A stretch of DNA of 64,000 nt from Patescibacteria group bacterium (GTDB lineage: Bacteria; Patescibacteriota; Microgenomatia; Woykebacterales; 2-01-FULL-43-14): contig JAMCZT010000026.1 of the NCBI GenBank assembly GCA_023485445.1, forward strand, positions 5,708 through 69,707, read 5' to 3'. The notes beneath the pieces were generated by a model. It worked only from the letters and a program-made list of their open reading frames with translations, made no database searches and had not been told where the DNA came from. The translations under genes were made by a program, and so were the position numbers. Below, one piece after another: positions 29,695 to 39,476 of the stretch. Each line of letters begins with the position of its first letter. The first letter of the stretch is position 1.

Positions 29695-31755
29695 GTGAAT
29701 GTAAATTCTTTTACTTCTTTTTATCCTGTCATTGTTATTGCTTATGTTATTTTTATCCTTTTAATGCCAAAAATAACCTTGTTCGGGCTTATTCCCACCC
29801 CCGTTCGAATTGAGGACTTTCTCTTGGTCCCGATTTTAATCGGCTTTGTTTTCTTCCTTATAGAAAAGAAAAAAATTTCAAAGCTTTCTAAAATTGGTTT
29901 GAATAAATATATCCTTATTTGGCTTTGTATTTTGCTTTTATCAACAGTGACTGGTTTAATTACGGGGATGCTTCACGATTATACTGGATTTCTTTTCTGG
30001 CTCCGATTTATTGAATACCTTGTCTTTTTCTATTTGGCCTATATTTCTCTAAGAAACCCTCTTGGGAAGAAATTTGTTTATATTTTGATTGTTCTTACCT
30101 TTCCAATTACCGTTTACGCTATTTTACAACGGATGGGCATTGTAGGTGGTTTCGGAGGTGGTTTTTACCAATATCGATGGGTATTAGGTACTGACCGTGC
30201 TTTTTCTACTTTTTCCGGTCCATATGAATTAGCAGCCTTTTACGTAATGGCTATTCCTTTAATTGCCAGTCAAATTTTATTTAATAAAAAATTATTTTTA
30301 CAATTAGCTTTATGGTTTTTATTTCTCTTAAACTTAATTGGGCTTGCTCTCACAAGTGCGCGCGTGCCTATTTTAGCAATTTTCTTTTCAATGCTTATTT
30401 TTTTTGTTTACGCAAAAAATAAAATTCTTGTAGTATTATTATTGATCTTATCAATTACCGTTCCTTTTTTTGCCTCATCTACATTAACAACTCGCTTCGA
30501 GCCCCTAGTTTCTGCTGGTCTAGATTTAGCTATGAAGACTGTAGGTATAAATAAAAATTTGATATTGACAAATAAAGAACAAACCACTTTAATAGCTAGT
30601 AGAAACACTACTTCCTCTCTAAATATTACAACGGAAGCCACAGGAGCGTCTGATTTAATTTCTCAAGTATCTACAAAAAGTTCTAATCTTACTGTGACAA
30701 AAACACCTGAACTTTCAACGACTTCGGCTGTTCAAGCTTCTGCACCAGCAATTCCCGTTGTACCGTTAAAAGAAAACTTGCTTTCAACTAGTAATTTTGA
30801 AACTAGCTTTGATACATGGTTAAAATATGGGAATGTAACTTTACGTACTCTGGAGTTAAAAAACGGTGATATTCAAAAGTACGTATTGGTTAATTACGAC
30901 AACACTCAAACTGTGTCTTATCCTGCTTTTGGACTTGGACTTACGCGTACTATCAGTGGACTGAATCCGAAAAAAACTTATGAATTAAGCGTTTGGTATT
31001 ATAAAGAATTAGGATCAACCTACGATAAAGATTCAAGGAGTTGGGTTTCCCCTCTTTATTGGCATGCCTATCGTGGAGGAAAGCCCCTTTCTCTCAATAG
31101 AGATGTGAAATTAATTTTGGGAATAAATCAAGCTCCTGGCAGTTGGGTTCTTAGCAAAATTGATTTCAGTAGTGTTGATGAACTCAGAGCTGTTCCTCCA
31201 GTAGGGTTCCTACCAACTGGAAAAATAAGAATTGATCAGATTAGTCTTGTGGAAATAGATGACAATAAAAATATATTGGAGCCAGTGACTGAGGTTGCAG
31301 CAACTCCTCCAGCCATAGATACCAGCAATAGTGTTTCAGGCTTAGGTCTAAATGAGTCTAGTTTAAATTGGAGATTAGACGTAACTTGGGCGAGAGTTAT
31401 AAATATGCTGAAAAAAAATCCAATTTTGGGAGGGGGTTTATCTTCGGTAGGGGTTGGGGTTGATAGTGAATACATGACATTACTCGGAGAATCGGGTATA
31501 GTTGGTTTAGTAATTTTTCTACTCCTAATTATGAGTATCGTGTTAAAAGAAAAACAGGCTTTTAAAAATTTTAATGAGTCTACTCAAAAATCTATAGTTT
31601 TAGGAGTTTTCGTTGGGACTATTGGCTTGCTCCTAAATGCAAGCTTTGCTGATGTTTTTAGAGCTTCAAAGGTTGCGATACTATTTTGGTTTTTAACCGG
31701 ATTGGTTTTGACCAGGATGAGATTAGAGAAAACAGATGATGAGCAGAAAACTTAA
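29695..31755 (+). CDS. O-antigen ligase/polymerase (WaaL/Wzy_C-like) membrane protein with a large inserted extracellular domain
   Basis: Multi-TM; RAFSTFSGPYELA, LTSAR, NPILGGG, DSEYMTLLGESGIVG; ~290-aa soluble insert. Confidence 0.75.
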   Translation: MNVNSFTSFYPVIVIAYVIFILLMPKITLFGLIPTPVRIEDFLLVPILIGFVFFLIEKKKISKLSKIGLNKYILIWLCILLLSTVTGLITGMLHDYTGFLFWLRFIEYLVFFYLAYISLRNPLGKKFVYILIVLTFPITVYAILQRMGIVGGFGGGFYQYRWVLGTDRAFSTFSGPYELAAFYVMAIPLIASQILFNKKLFLQLALWFLFLLNLIGLALTSARVPILAIFFSMLIFFVYAKNKILVVLLLILSITVPFFASSTLTTRFEPLVSAGLDLAMKTVGINKNLILTNKEQTTLIASRNTTSSLNITTEATGASDLISQVSTKSSNLTVTKTPELSTTSAVQASAPAIPVVPLKENLLSTSNFETSFDTWLKYGNVTLRTLELKNGDIQKYVLVNYDNTQTVSYPAFGLGLTRTISGLNPKKTYELSVWYYKELGSTYDKDSRSWVSPLYWHAYRGGKPLSLNRDVKLILGINQAPGSWVLSKIDFSSVDELRAVPPVGFLPTGKIRIDQISLVEIDDNKNILEPVTEVAATPPAIDTSNSVSGLGLNESSLNWRLDVTWARVINMLKKNPILGGGLSSVGVGVDSEYMTLLGESGIVGLVIFLLLIMSIVLKEKQAFKNFNESTQKSIVLGVFVGTIGLLLNASFADVFRASKVAILFWFLTGLVLTRMRLEKTDDEQKT

Positions 31756-32650
31756 CTTAACTATCTTATCGATTGTTATCGTAAATTATAATACCAAGAC
31801 ACTCTTGAAGCAATGTTTAAAGTCTGTTTTTGCTTCAAAAGAAATTCCGATTAAAGTGTATGTGGTGGATAACGCTTCTACGGATGGTTCGATAGATTTG
31901 GTAAAGAAGGACTTTCCTCAAGCAACATTGATTAACAATAAAGAAAATCTAGGTTTTTCTAAGGCCAACAATCAGGCCTTGAGATTGGTTGATTCTAAAT
32001 ACGTTTTATTGTTAAACTCCGATACTGTAGTTTTGCCTGAGACATTCAAGGTGATGGTTGATTTTATGGAAAACCATCAAAAAGTAGGCGTAAGTACTTG
32101 TCGAGTGGAGCTACCAAACGGAAAGCTAGATCGAGCCTGTCGGAGAAGTTTTCCTACTCCCGCTCGATCCCTATGGCATATGCTTTTCTTATCCAAAGTT
32201 TTTCCAAAAAATAGTCTCTTTGCCCAATATAATCTGACTTTCTTACCTGAACATAAAACCTACGAGATCGATTGTCCGATGGGAGCCTTTTTCTTAGTTC
32301 GAAAAGAGGCGATAGATCGGGTGGGATTTTTAGACGAGGATTTTTTTATGTATGGGGAAGATATTGATTGGGCTTACCGCTTTAAAAAAGATGGTTGGAA
32401 AATCATGTATCATCCCGCGACAAAAATTATTCACTATAAAAAGGCCAGTTGGGGAAGTAAGCGAAACCCAGTTTTGGTAAAAGAGTTTCACCGTGCAATG
32501 CATATTTTTTACCATAAGCACTATAGCTTGATCTACCCAACTTGGCAAACAAAACTGGTAATGGTAGGGATAAATTTTAAATGTTGGGGAGCGCTGGCGA
32601 TTAACAAGATAAAAAGAGGTGAAAGAATAAACTCAAAAGTCCAAGTATAA
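31736..32650 (+). CDS. GT2 glycosyltransferase (WbbL-like rhamnosyltransferase)
   Basis: SIVIVNYN, VDNASTD, LLNSD, FFMYGEDIDWAYR. Confidence 0.86.
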   Translation: MMSRKLNLTILSIVIVNYNTKTLLKQCLKSVFASKEIPIKVYVVDNASTDGSIDLVKKDFPQATLINNKENLGFSKANNQALRLVDSKYVLLLNSDTVVLPETFKVMVDFMENHQKVGVSTCRVELPNGKLDRACRRSFPTPARSLWHMLFLSKVFPKNSLFAQYNLTFLPEHKTYEIDCPMGAFFLVRKEAIDRVGFLDEDFFMYGEDIDWAYRFKKDGWKIMYHPATKIIHYKKASWGSKRNPVLVKEFHRAMHIFYHKHYSLIYPTWQTKLVMVGINFKCWGALAINKIKRGERINSKVQV

Positions 32651-32715
32651 ATTCAAAATATTGGTTCTCTTTACTTTTGACTTTTGCATTTTATTTTGAT
32701 TAATTTGGAGTAAGT

Positions 32716-33852
32716 ATGAAAGTTGGAATCGATGCTCGATTTTTGGGACCAGAGGGGACAGGAATTGGTCGTTACGTTGAAAAACTTTTAGATGAACTTC
32801 AATTAATCGACAAGGAAAATCAATACGTAGTTTTTTTAAGAAAATCTAATTACCACCTCTTCCAACCTAAAAATCAAAATTTCTCAAAAACTTTATCCGA
32901 CGCTCGTTGGTATTCTCTAAAGGAACAAATGGTAATGCCTTTTAAAATTCAACAAGCGAAAGTAGACCTGATGCATTTTCCGCATTTTAACATCCCTGTT
33001 TTTTGGCCCGGGCCTTTTATCGTAACCATCCACGATCTTATCAAAAGCGAATTTAGTGGGGCCAGTTCGACCACTAGAGTTTTGCCGATTTATTATTTTA
33101 AACATCTCGTTTACGCGAATGTAATGTCTCAAGCGGTTAGAAGATCGAAGAAAATTATTGTTCCTACTCAGTTTACAAAACAAAAGTTAATCGATAAACT
33201 AGACGTGCCGGCCGAAAAAATTGCCGTTACTTACGAGGCAGCCGACCAAAACTTTTTTGAGTGGGGAAAGAAACAGATCAGTGACGGGAAAATAAAACAA
33301 ATCCTTTGTAAGTACGGATTGTCAAAACCGTATTTGATTTACGTGGGGAATGCGTATCCGTATAAGAATATAGATCGGTTGCTGGAAGCGATGAAACTGA
33401 TGAACCCGAATATAAAATTAATTAACCCCTGTACTCGGAGCGCTTTTTATGATCGACTGGGTGATAAAGTAAGACAACTTGGTTTGCAGAATCGGGTGGT
33501 TCTACCGGGATTTGTGCCGGATGAAGAATTAGCCGTGCTCTATCGGGCGGCTGAAGTTTACGTTTTCCCCTCCCTGTCAGAAGGGTTTGGAATTCCGATG
33601 CTGGAGGCGTTTGCTTCCGGTTTGCCGGTAGCAGCTTCAAACGCCTCGCCTTTGCTAGAAGTAGGCGGAAAAGCGGCAGTTTACTTTGATCCTTACTCTC
33701 CTTCTGATATGGCCAAAAAGATTGAAGAAGTGGCAACAAATAGGGAAATGCGCCGTGAGTTAATAAAAAAAGGATTTGAGCGTGCCGCGGAATTTAGTTG
33801 GCGAAGAACAGCGGAAGAGACGCTAAAAGTATACAAAAATGCTCTCATTTAG
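32716..33852 (+). CDS. GT4 glycosyltransferase (mannosyltransferase-like)
   Basis: GIGRY, TIHDL, PYKN, FPSLSEGFGIPMLEA. Confidence 0.88.
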   Translation: MKVGIDARFLGPEGTGIGRYVEKLLDELQLIDKENQYVVFLRKSNYHLFQPKNQNFSKTLSDARWYSLKEQMVMPFKIQQAKVDLMHFPHFNIPVFWPGPFIVTIHDLIKSEFSGASSTTRVLPIYYFKHLVYANVMSQAVRRSKKIIVPTQFTKQKLIDKLDVPAEKIAVTYEAADQNFFEWGKKQISDGKIKQILCKYGLSKPYLIYVGNAYPYKNIDRLLEAMKLMNPNIKLINPCTRSAFYDRLGDKVRQLGLQNRVVLPGFVPDEELAVLYRAAEVYVFPSLSEGFGIPMLEAFASGLPVAASNASPLLEVGGKAAVYFDPYSPSDMAKKIEEVATNREMRRELIKKGFERAAEFSWRRTAEETLKVYKNALI

Positions 33853-33856
33853 TTGT

Positions 33857-34948
33857 ATGAAAATAGCTATTGTTCATGATTATTTATTTCAATATGGGGG
33901 TGCGGAAAAAGTTTTAGAGGCCATGCATGAAGTTTGGCCAGATGCTCCCATCTACACCTCTGTTTATATAAAAAAAGAGATGGAGAAAGCTGGTTTTAAC
34001 GATCAGGGAATGGATATCCGTTCTACTTGGATGCAAGCTCTGCCTTTCAAAAAAGACCTTTTTAAAGCTTATTTTATGTTTTATCCGCTGGCTTTCCGTT
34101 CCCTTAACCTAAGTCAATATGACGTAGTGATTAGCTCCAGCTCTTACGCTGCCCATCACGCTCGCGCAAGTCAATCCGGATTACATATTTGTTACTGCCA
34201 TACTCCTTCTCGCTACCTTTATGGTTATGACACTGAACTCGATCACCAAAAAATAAAGAAAATCTTTCCCTTTATGCCGTTACTTTACCACATCGTGAGG
34301 AAATGGGATAGAAATTCCGCAAAGAAGATTAACTTTTATTTGACAAACTCTAATGAAGTGCGAGAAAGAGTAAAGAAGCACTACACATGCGACTCGGAGG
34401 TTATTTATCCTCCGGTGGAGATTAAAAAATTTTTAAAAGTTGATCCTCAGAAAGGGGAATACTTTTTTACTTATGGACGGTTAGTTGCTCATAAAAGGGT
34501 GGATCTCATTGTGGAAGCTTTTAACCAGCTGGGTCTTCCTTTGAAAATTGCCGGTTCTGGGTTGGAGCTTGACAATTTGAAGAAGAAAGCAAAATCTAAT
34601 ATTGAATTTCTAGGCCGAATCGATGATTCTGAGTTGGTCAAGTATTTAAGCCGTTGTTACGGAGTGATTTTTGCTGCTAACGAGGACTTCGGGATCGTGC
34701 CAGTTGAGACAATGGCGGCGGGAAAGCCCGTTATTGCTTATCGAGCGGGTGGTGTGCTAGAATCAATATTACCAGGGAAAACCGGTGAGTTTTTTTACCC
34801 ACAGACTACGGAAGCTTTGGTTGAAGCAATTAGAAAATTTAAGCCTCAAGACTACGATCCGGCCGTCTGTCGGAAACAAGCAGAGAATTTTGATAAAGAA
34901 CGGTTTAAAGAAAAAATACAAAAGTTTGTCGAAGAGAAATTTTCTTGA
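33857..34948 (+). CDS. GT4 glycosyltransferase (WbaZ-like mannosyltransferase)
   Basis: HDYLFQYGGAE, CYCHTP, VIYPPV, EDFGIVPVETMA. Confidence 0.88.
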   Translation: MKIAIVHDYLFQYGGAEKVLEAMHEVWPDAPIYTSVYIKKEMEKAGFNDQGMDIRSTWMQALPFKKDLFKAYFMFYPLAFRSLNLSQYDVVISSSSYAAHHARASQSGLHICYCHTPSRYLYGYDTELDHQKIKKIFPFMPLLYHIVRKWDRNSAKKINFYLTNSNEVRERVKKHYTCDSEVIYPPVEIKKFLKVDPQKGEYFFTYGRLVAHKRVDLIVEAFNQLGLPLKIAGSGLELDNLKKKAKSNIEFLGRIDDSELVKYLSRCYGVIFAANEDFGIVPVETMAAGKPVIAYRAGGVLESILPGKTGEFFYPQTTEALVEAIRKFKPQDYDPAVCRKQAENFDKERFKEKIQKFVEEKFS

Positions 34949-34964
34949 GACCTTGGGGGTGATA

Positions 34965-36068
34965 ATGGATTTGAAACAACATACCTATGCTTTAATTCTT
35001 GCTGGGGGCGGAGGAAGCCGTCTTTGGCCTAAGTCAAGGAAAATTAAACCAAAACACCTTTTGAATTTAATTAGTAATGAAAAGACGATGATCCAAAAAA
35101 CAGCTGATCGGATCACTCCGCTTATCCCGTGGCAAAATATTTTCGTGGTGACGACCGAGAGTTACGTGGCCGAAACGAAGATGCAGTTGCCTCAGCTGCC
35201 TCTCGGCAATATTATTTCCGAGCCCTTTGGACTTAATACCGCTTGGGCGATGGGGTTAGGGGCAGTTTATATTCGAGCGAGAGACGAGAAAGCCGTTATC
35301 ATTAATTTAGCCGCCGATCATTTGATCGAAAATGAAGGTCGATTTAGGAAAGCCGTTAAAGCGGCCGCTAAGGTTGCTCAAAGTGGTAATTATCTCGTGA
35401 CGATTGGGATTTACCCGTCTTTCGCCAACACCGGTTTAGGTTATATCCGAAGCGGGAAAGAAATTAAACACGTTGATGGCTTACCGGTTTTTAGTGTTAA
35501 AGGGTTTACCGAGAAGCCAGATTTAGCGACCGCTCAGGCCTTTCTCGCCACGAAGGAGTATTTTTGGAACGCGAACCTTTACACTTGGAAAGCGGACGCC
35601 GTAATTAAAGCGATCGAAAAACATCTTCCGAAAGTTGGGCGCGGGCTAATCGAGATTGCGGCGCATTTGGGGAAAAGCGACGAAAAAGCCGTTCTCGCCT
35701 CGGTTTATGAAAATGCGGTAGAAGCTCAGATTGATAAAGGAGTTTCCGAGAAAGCCGATAATTTGATTATGATTCCGGGAAACTTTGATTGGAATGACGT
35801 CGGGGATTGGTCAATCTTGCATGATGTTTCTCCAACCAATCGAGGGACCCACACCTTGATTGGTGATCCCGCTTCTGACTTGATCTCTTATGAGTCGGAA
35901 AGGTGCTTGGTTCATGGTTCAAAACGTTTGGTAGCTTTGGTGGGCCTGAAAGATATTGTCGTGGTTGATACTGATGACGCGATTTTGGTGTGTCCCCGCG
36001 ATCGAGCCCAAGACGTGAAGAAGTTGGTGGAAAAACTTAAAGAAGAAGGTAAGGAAAAATACCTTTGA
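34965..36068 (+). CDS. manC: Mannose-1-phosphate guanylyltransferase
   Basis: ATG 34965 after GGGGGTG; ILAGGGGSRLWPKSR, AADHLI, FTEKP, WNDVGDW, DTDDAILV. Confidence 0.9.
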   Translation: MDLKQHTYALILAGGGGSRLWPKSRKIKPKHLLNLISNEKTMIQKTADRITPLIPWQNIFVVTTESYVAETKMQLPQLPLGNIISEPFGLNTAWAMGLGAVYIRARDEKAVIINLAADHLIENEGRFRKAVKAAAKVAQSGNYLVTIGIYPSFANTGLGYIRSGKEIKHVDGLPVFSVKGFTEKPDLATAQAFLATKEYFWNANLYTWKADAVIKAIEKHLPKVGRGLIEIAAHLGKSDEKAVLASVYENAVEAQIDKGVSEKADNLIMIPGNFDWNDVGDWSILHDVSPTNRGTHTLIGDPASDLISYESERCLVHGSKRLVALVGLKDIVVVDTDDAILVCPRDRAQDVKKLVEKLKEEGKEKYL

Positions 36069-36088
36069 TTTCTTTGAGGGCTTAAAAA

Positions 36089-36715
36089 ATGTTTTATGAC
36101 GCTTCTAAAAGATTAATTGATATTTTAGGGTCTGTCTTTGGTTTAGTTTTACTTTCTCCGTTGTTTTTACTTGTTGGAATATTAATTAAACTTGATTCGC
36201 CTGGTTCAATATTTTATTCCCATAAGCGAGTCGGAAGAGGCGGCGACGAATTTCCTTTGTATAAGTTCCGTTCTATGGTCCGAAATGCCGACGCTATCCT
36301 TTGGTCAGACCCGAAGCTCTTAGCCGAATACAAGAAAAGTAGTTTTAAGTTAAATAACGATCCTCGGGTAACTCGAGTGGGAAGGATCATCCGAAAATTT
36401 AGCATTGATGAACTTCCACAGTTTTGGAATATTTTAAAAGGGCAGATGAGCGTTGTTGGCCCCCGTCCATACCTTAAAAAGGAATTAGAAGATCAACAAA
36501 AAGTCTATCCCCAAACTAGAGAGTTGATCAAGGCCCTTCTTCTAGTCAAGCCCGGGGTGACTGGGTTTTGGCAGGTAAGCGGGAGAAGCGATGTAAACTT
36601 TGACGAACGGATCAAGATGGATGTGGAGTACGTCAAGAGGCGTTCATTGGTTTATGATTTTAGCATTATGATAGAAACTATTCCAGCGGTAATTAAAGGT
36701 CGGGGGGCTCGTTAG
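36089..36715 (+). CDS. Priming phosphoglycosyltransferase (bacterial sugar transferase)
   Basis: KRLIDI, YKFRSM, DPRVT, SIDELPQFWNILKGQMSVVGPRP, PGVTGFWQVSGRS. Confidence 0.92.
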   Translation: MFYDASKRLIDILGSVFGLVLLSPLFLLVGILIKLDSPGSIFYSHKRVGRGGDEFPLYKFRSMVRNADAILWSDPKLLAEYKKSSFKLNNDPRVTRVGRIIRKFSIDELPQFWNILKGQMSVVGPRPYLKKELEDQQKVYPQTRELIKALLLVKPGVTGFWQVSGRSDVNFDERIKMDVEYVKRRSLVYDFSIMIETIPAVIKGRGAR

Positions 36716-38620
36716 ATGAGTACTATTAACACCGTTGATTTTAAACTTGAGAAAAAGGATCTTAAAACTCGAATTTTGAGAGTTTTAAAAGATAGAAAAT
36801 TCTGGAAGAAAGTAGTTATTTCGACAGGTGTTCTTGTTTTTATTCTAGCCCTTATTGGCGCCATCGGCTACTTTCTGTTTTATCCAAAAATAAAAGATCT
36901 TTCTAACCAATTAAAAGTAACGATGGCGCAAGCTAAGAAAGTTAACGTTGCCGTCCAAGACCAGAACGTGGTTACGGCAAAAGAGGAATTGACGACGCTA
37001 AAGGAAGCTGTCGAGAAGACGGAAAAGTCTTTTGATTCGCTTGGTTTCTTTAGTTCCTTACCCTGGGTTGGGGGTTATTTCAGTGACGCGAGGCATGCTT
37101 TTAATGCTGGTTATGAGGCAATTGATGCCGGTTTAATCATTACTGATTCCTTAATTCCTTTCGCCGATACTTTAGGCCTAAAGGGGGTGGCTAGTAGTGA
37201 CACCGCTGAGAATAAAATGCAGAAAATTGTCCAGGCAATTCCGAAAATAGTTCCGAATTTAGACAAAATAGAAGCGAAATTAAAATTAGTAAGAGGCGAA
37301 ATTGACCAGGTTGACCCGAATCGTTATCCAGAGGAATTTTTAGGTTATAAAATTAAATCAACCATTGGGGATGCTAAGTCCCAGATAGATAATATTGAAT
37401 CTTTCATGCCGGAGATTCGACCAATCCTTTTGGCTCTTCCGCCTGCGCTAGGCGAACCATCTCCGAAAACTTATCTCATCCTCTTCCAGAATGACAAAGA
37501 GCTTCGAGCGACGGGAGGTTTCATTACCTCTTACGCCATTGCCAAGATCAACCAGGGCAAACTAGGAGATATAAAGTCTGATGATATTTATAATATGGAT
37601 GATCGGATTAACGCGAAGTTTCCTGTTCCTCAACCAGTCCGAGATTATTTAAAACTTTCCACCTACCATCTTCGAGATGCAAACCTTTCCCCAGATTTTG
37701 TCACTTCAATGCAGGAAGTGGAAAAATTTTATAATAAATATCCCGCGAAAGAAAAAATTGACGGAATAATTGCCCTTGACACTGAATTTGTTCGTAGTTT
37801 GCTCGAAGTTACTGGGCCAATAAAGACTAGTCAATATGGTGAATCTTTTTCCGCAGACCTCAATGATAAGGGGATTCCTGATGTTGTTTATAAACTAGAA
37901 CTTTATTCCGAACAACTACTGATGGGAAAGGAAAATAGAAAAGCCTTGATTGGGGACCTAATGAGCGCTCTTTTGGCGAAAGTATTGAATGCTCCTCAGA
38001 AACAATGGCAGCCTTTGATGAATATTTTTATGAAGACCGCTCAAGAGAAACACTTTTTAACCTACAGCCATGATCCGAAAGTCCAATCTATTCTGGAAAA
38101 ATACGATTGGGCGGGAAGAGTCAAAGATTACAAAGGAGATTATTTACATGTAAACGATAGCAATTTTGCTGGGGGGAAAGCTAATCTTTATATTAAAGAA
38201 AAGATAGAGCAGAATATAAAGATTGACTCCGATGGGACTGTGACAAAGACAGTTACTGTTACCTTAAAAAATCCTCAAGCTAATGACGGCTGGTTAAATA
38301 AGCTTTATTATGATTGGATGCGGATTTATGTTCCAGAGGGGAGTAAACTCGAATCAAGCAAGGCTTGGCAAGATGTAACTGTTGACCAAGAACTTGGAAA
38401 AACATTTTTTAAGACTTACACTCACGTTTATCCAAAAGATTCAAATTCCGTAACAGTGACTTACAAACTTCCGTTTAAGCTTTCCAAAGGAGAAGAGTAC
38501 AAGCTTTTGATGCAGAAGCAACCGGGGACGAATGGGCCCGAAGTAGTGATTAAAATTAATGGCAAGGAAAAGGAAAAGTTTACTTTGACGACAGATAAAG
38601 AAGTTAAGATAAAAATTTAG
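36716..38620 (+). CDS. DUF4012-family membrane-anchored extracellular protein
   Basis: N-terminal TM anchor, helical region, YLILFQNDKELRATGGFI, RDANLSPDF, NFAGGKAN, QKQPG. Confidence 0.75.
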   Translation: MSTINTVDFKLEKKDLKTRILRVLKDRKFWKKVVISTGVLVFILALIGAIGYFLFYPKIKDLSNQLKVTMAQAKKVNVAVQDQNVVTAKEELTTLKEAVEKTEKSFDSLGFFSSLPWVGGYFSDARHAFNAGYEAIDAGLIITDSLIPFADTLGLKGVASSDTAENKMQKIVQAIPKIVPNLDKIEAKLKLVRGEIDQVDPNRYPEEFLGYKIKSTIGDAKSQIDNIESFMPEIRPILLALPPALGEPSPKTYLILFQNDKELRATGGFITSYAIAKINQGKLGDIKSDDIYNMDDRINAKFPVPQPVRDYLKLSTYHLRDANLSPDFVTSMQEVEKFYNKYPAKEKIDGIIALDTEFVRSLLEVTGPIKTSQYGESFSADLNDKGIPDVVYKLELYSEQLLMGKENRKALIGDLMSALLAKVLNAPQKQWQPLMNIFMKTAQEKHFLTYSHDPKVQSILEKYDWAGRVKDYKGDYLHVNDSNFAGGKANLYIKEKIEQNIKIDSDGTVTKTVTVTLKNPQANDGWLNKLYYDWMRIYVPEGSKLESSKAWQDVTVDQELGKTFFKTYTHVYPKDSNSVTVTYKLPFKLSKGEEYKLLMQKQPGTNGPEVVIKINGKEKEKFTLTTDKEVKIKI

Positions 38621-38643
38621 CTTTAATTACTTGTAATTCCTTA

Positions 38644-38658
38644 TGATAAAATAAAGCA
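38644..38658 (+). promoter_or_regulatory. Extended -10 leaderless promoter of recO
   Basis: TG-A-TAAAAT, then 6 nt, then ATG; no SD sequence. Confidence 0.6.
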
Positions 38659-39471
38659 ATGGCAACTTATCGGACAGAAGGTGTGGTTTTGAAACGAATC
38701 GATTACGGAGAGGCTGATCGAATCCTCACTATTTTTTCCAAAAACAAGGGCAAAATTACGGCGATGGCCAAAGGAGTGCGCCGCATGGAAAGCCGCAAGG
38801 GCGGCAACGTCGAACTTTTTAACCACACCGCCTTCTTGATGGCCGAGGGAAGGGGTATGGACATTGTCACCGAAGCAGAGGTGATCAATTCCTTTAGCCA
38901 ACTAAGGGAAAACCTTGAGTTGGTCAGTTACACTTATCATCTAATTGAATTGGTTGATCAATTCACAGAAGAAGTTCAAGAGAATTATCAATTGTTTATA
39001 TTGCTTTTGGAAGTTTTGCGGCGGGTAAATGGGTTTACCGGCGCAAATTACTCATCCGTTACTCTGGGAGGAGAAGCGAGTCTAGAATCTGATAATAAAA
39101 TTAAAATTTACTTAAGGGCTTTTGAAGTCAAATTGCTTAATTTGATTGGTTATCGACCTCAACTTTCAGATTGTGTTCACTGCAATCGGTCTCTGTTGCC
39201 AGAAAATAACTTTTTTTCACCTTTTCTAGGTGGTATTGTTTGCCAAGAATGTGTTAATATAGATTCAGATTTTCGGCCGATTTCTAAGGAAGCGATTAAA
39301 GTGGTGCGATTTTTGCAAGATAGATCTTGGGATCAGGTTGAGAAGTTAAAGATTTCTTTGGATTTACAGTTGGAAGTTGAACAGCAGCTGCGAGAGTATA
39401 TCGAGTTTTTGTTGGAAAAAGAATTGAAGTCGGCGAAATTTATCGAAAGAGTAAAAAATACGAAAGGTTAA
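38659..39471 (+). CDS. recO: DNA repair protein RecO
   Basis: EGVVLKRIDYGEADRILT, AKGVRR, CVHC...CQEC zinc finger. Confidence 0.93.
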   Translation: MATYRTEGVVLKRIDYGEADRILTIFSKNKGKITAMAKGVRRMESRKGGNVELFNHTAFLMAEGRGMDIVTEAEVINSFSQLRENLELVSYTYHLIELVDQFTEEVQENYQLFILLLEVLRRVNGFTGANYSSVTLGGEASLESDNKIKIYLRAFEVKLLNLIGYRPQLSDCVHCNRSLLPENNFFSPFLGGIVCQECVNIDSDFRPISKEAIKVVRFLQDRSWDQVEKLKISLDLQLEVEQQLREYIEFLLEKELKSAKFIERVKNTKG

Positions 39472-39476
39472 AATTT

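Noticed and set aside
34785-34964. 60-aa N-terminal extension of ManC (similarly 15446-15550 and 41245-41289)
   Set aside because: Overlaps the upstream gene or precedes a better start with an RBS; ORF-caller over-extension.
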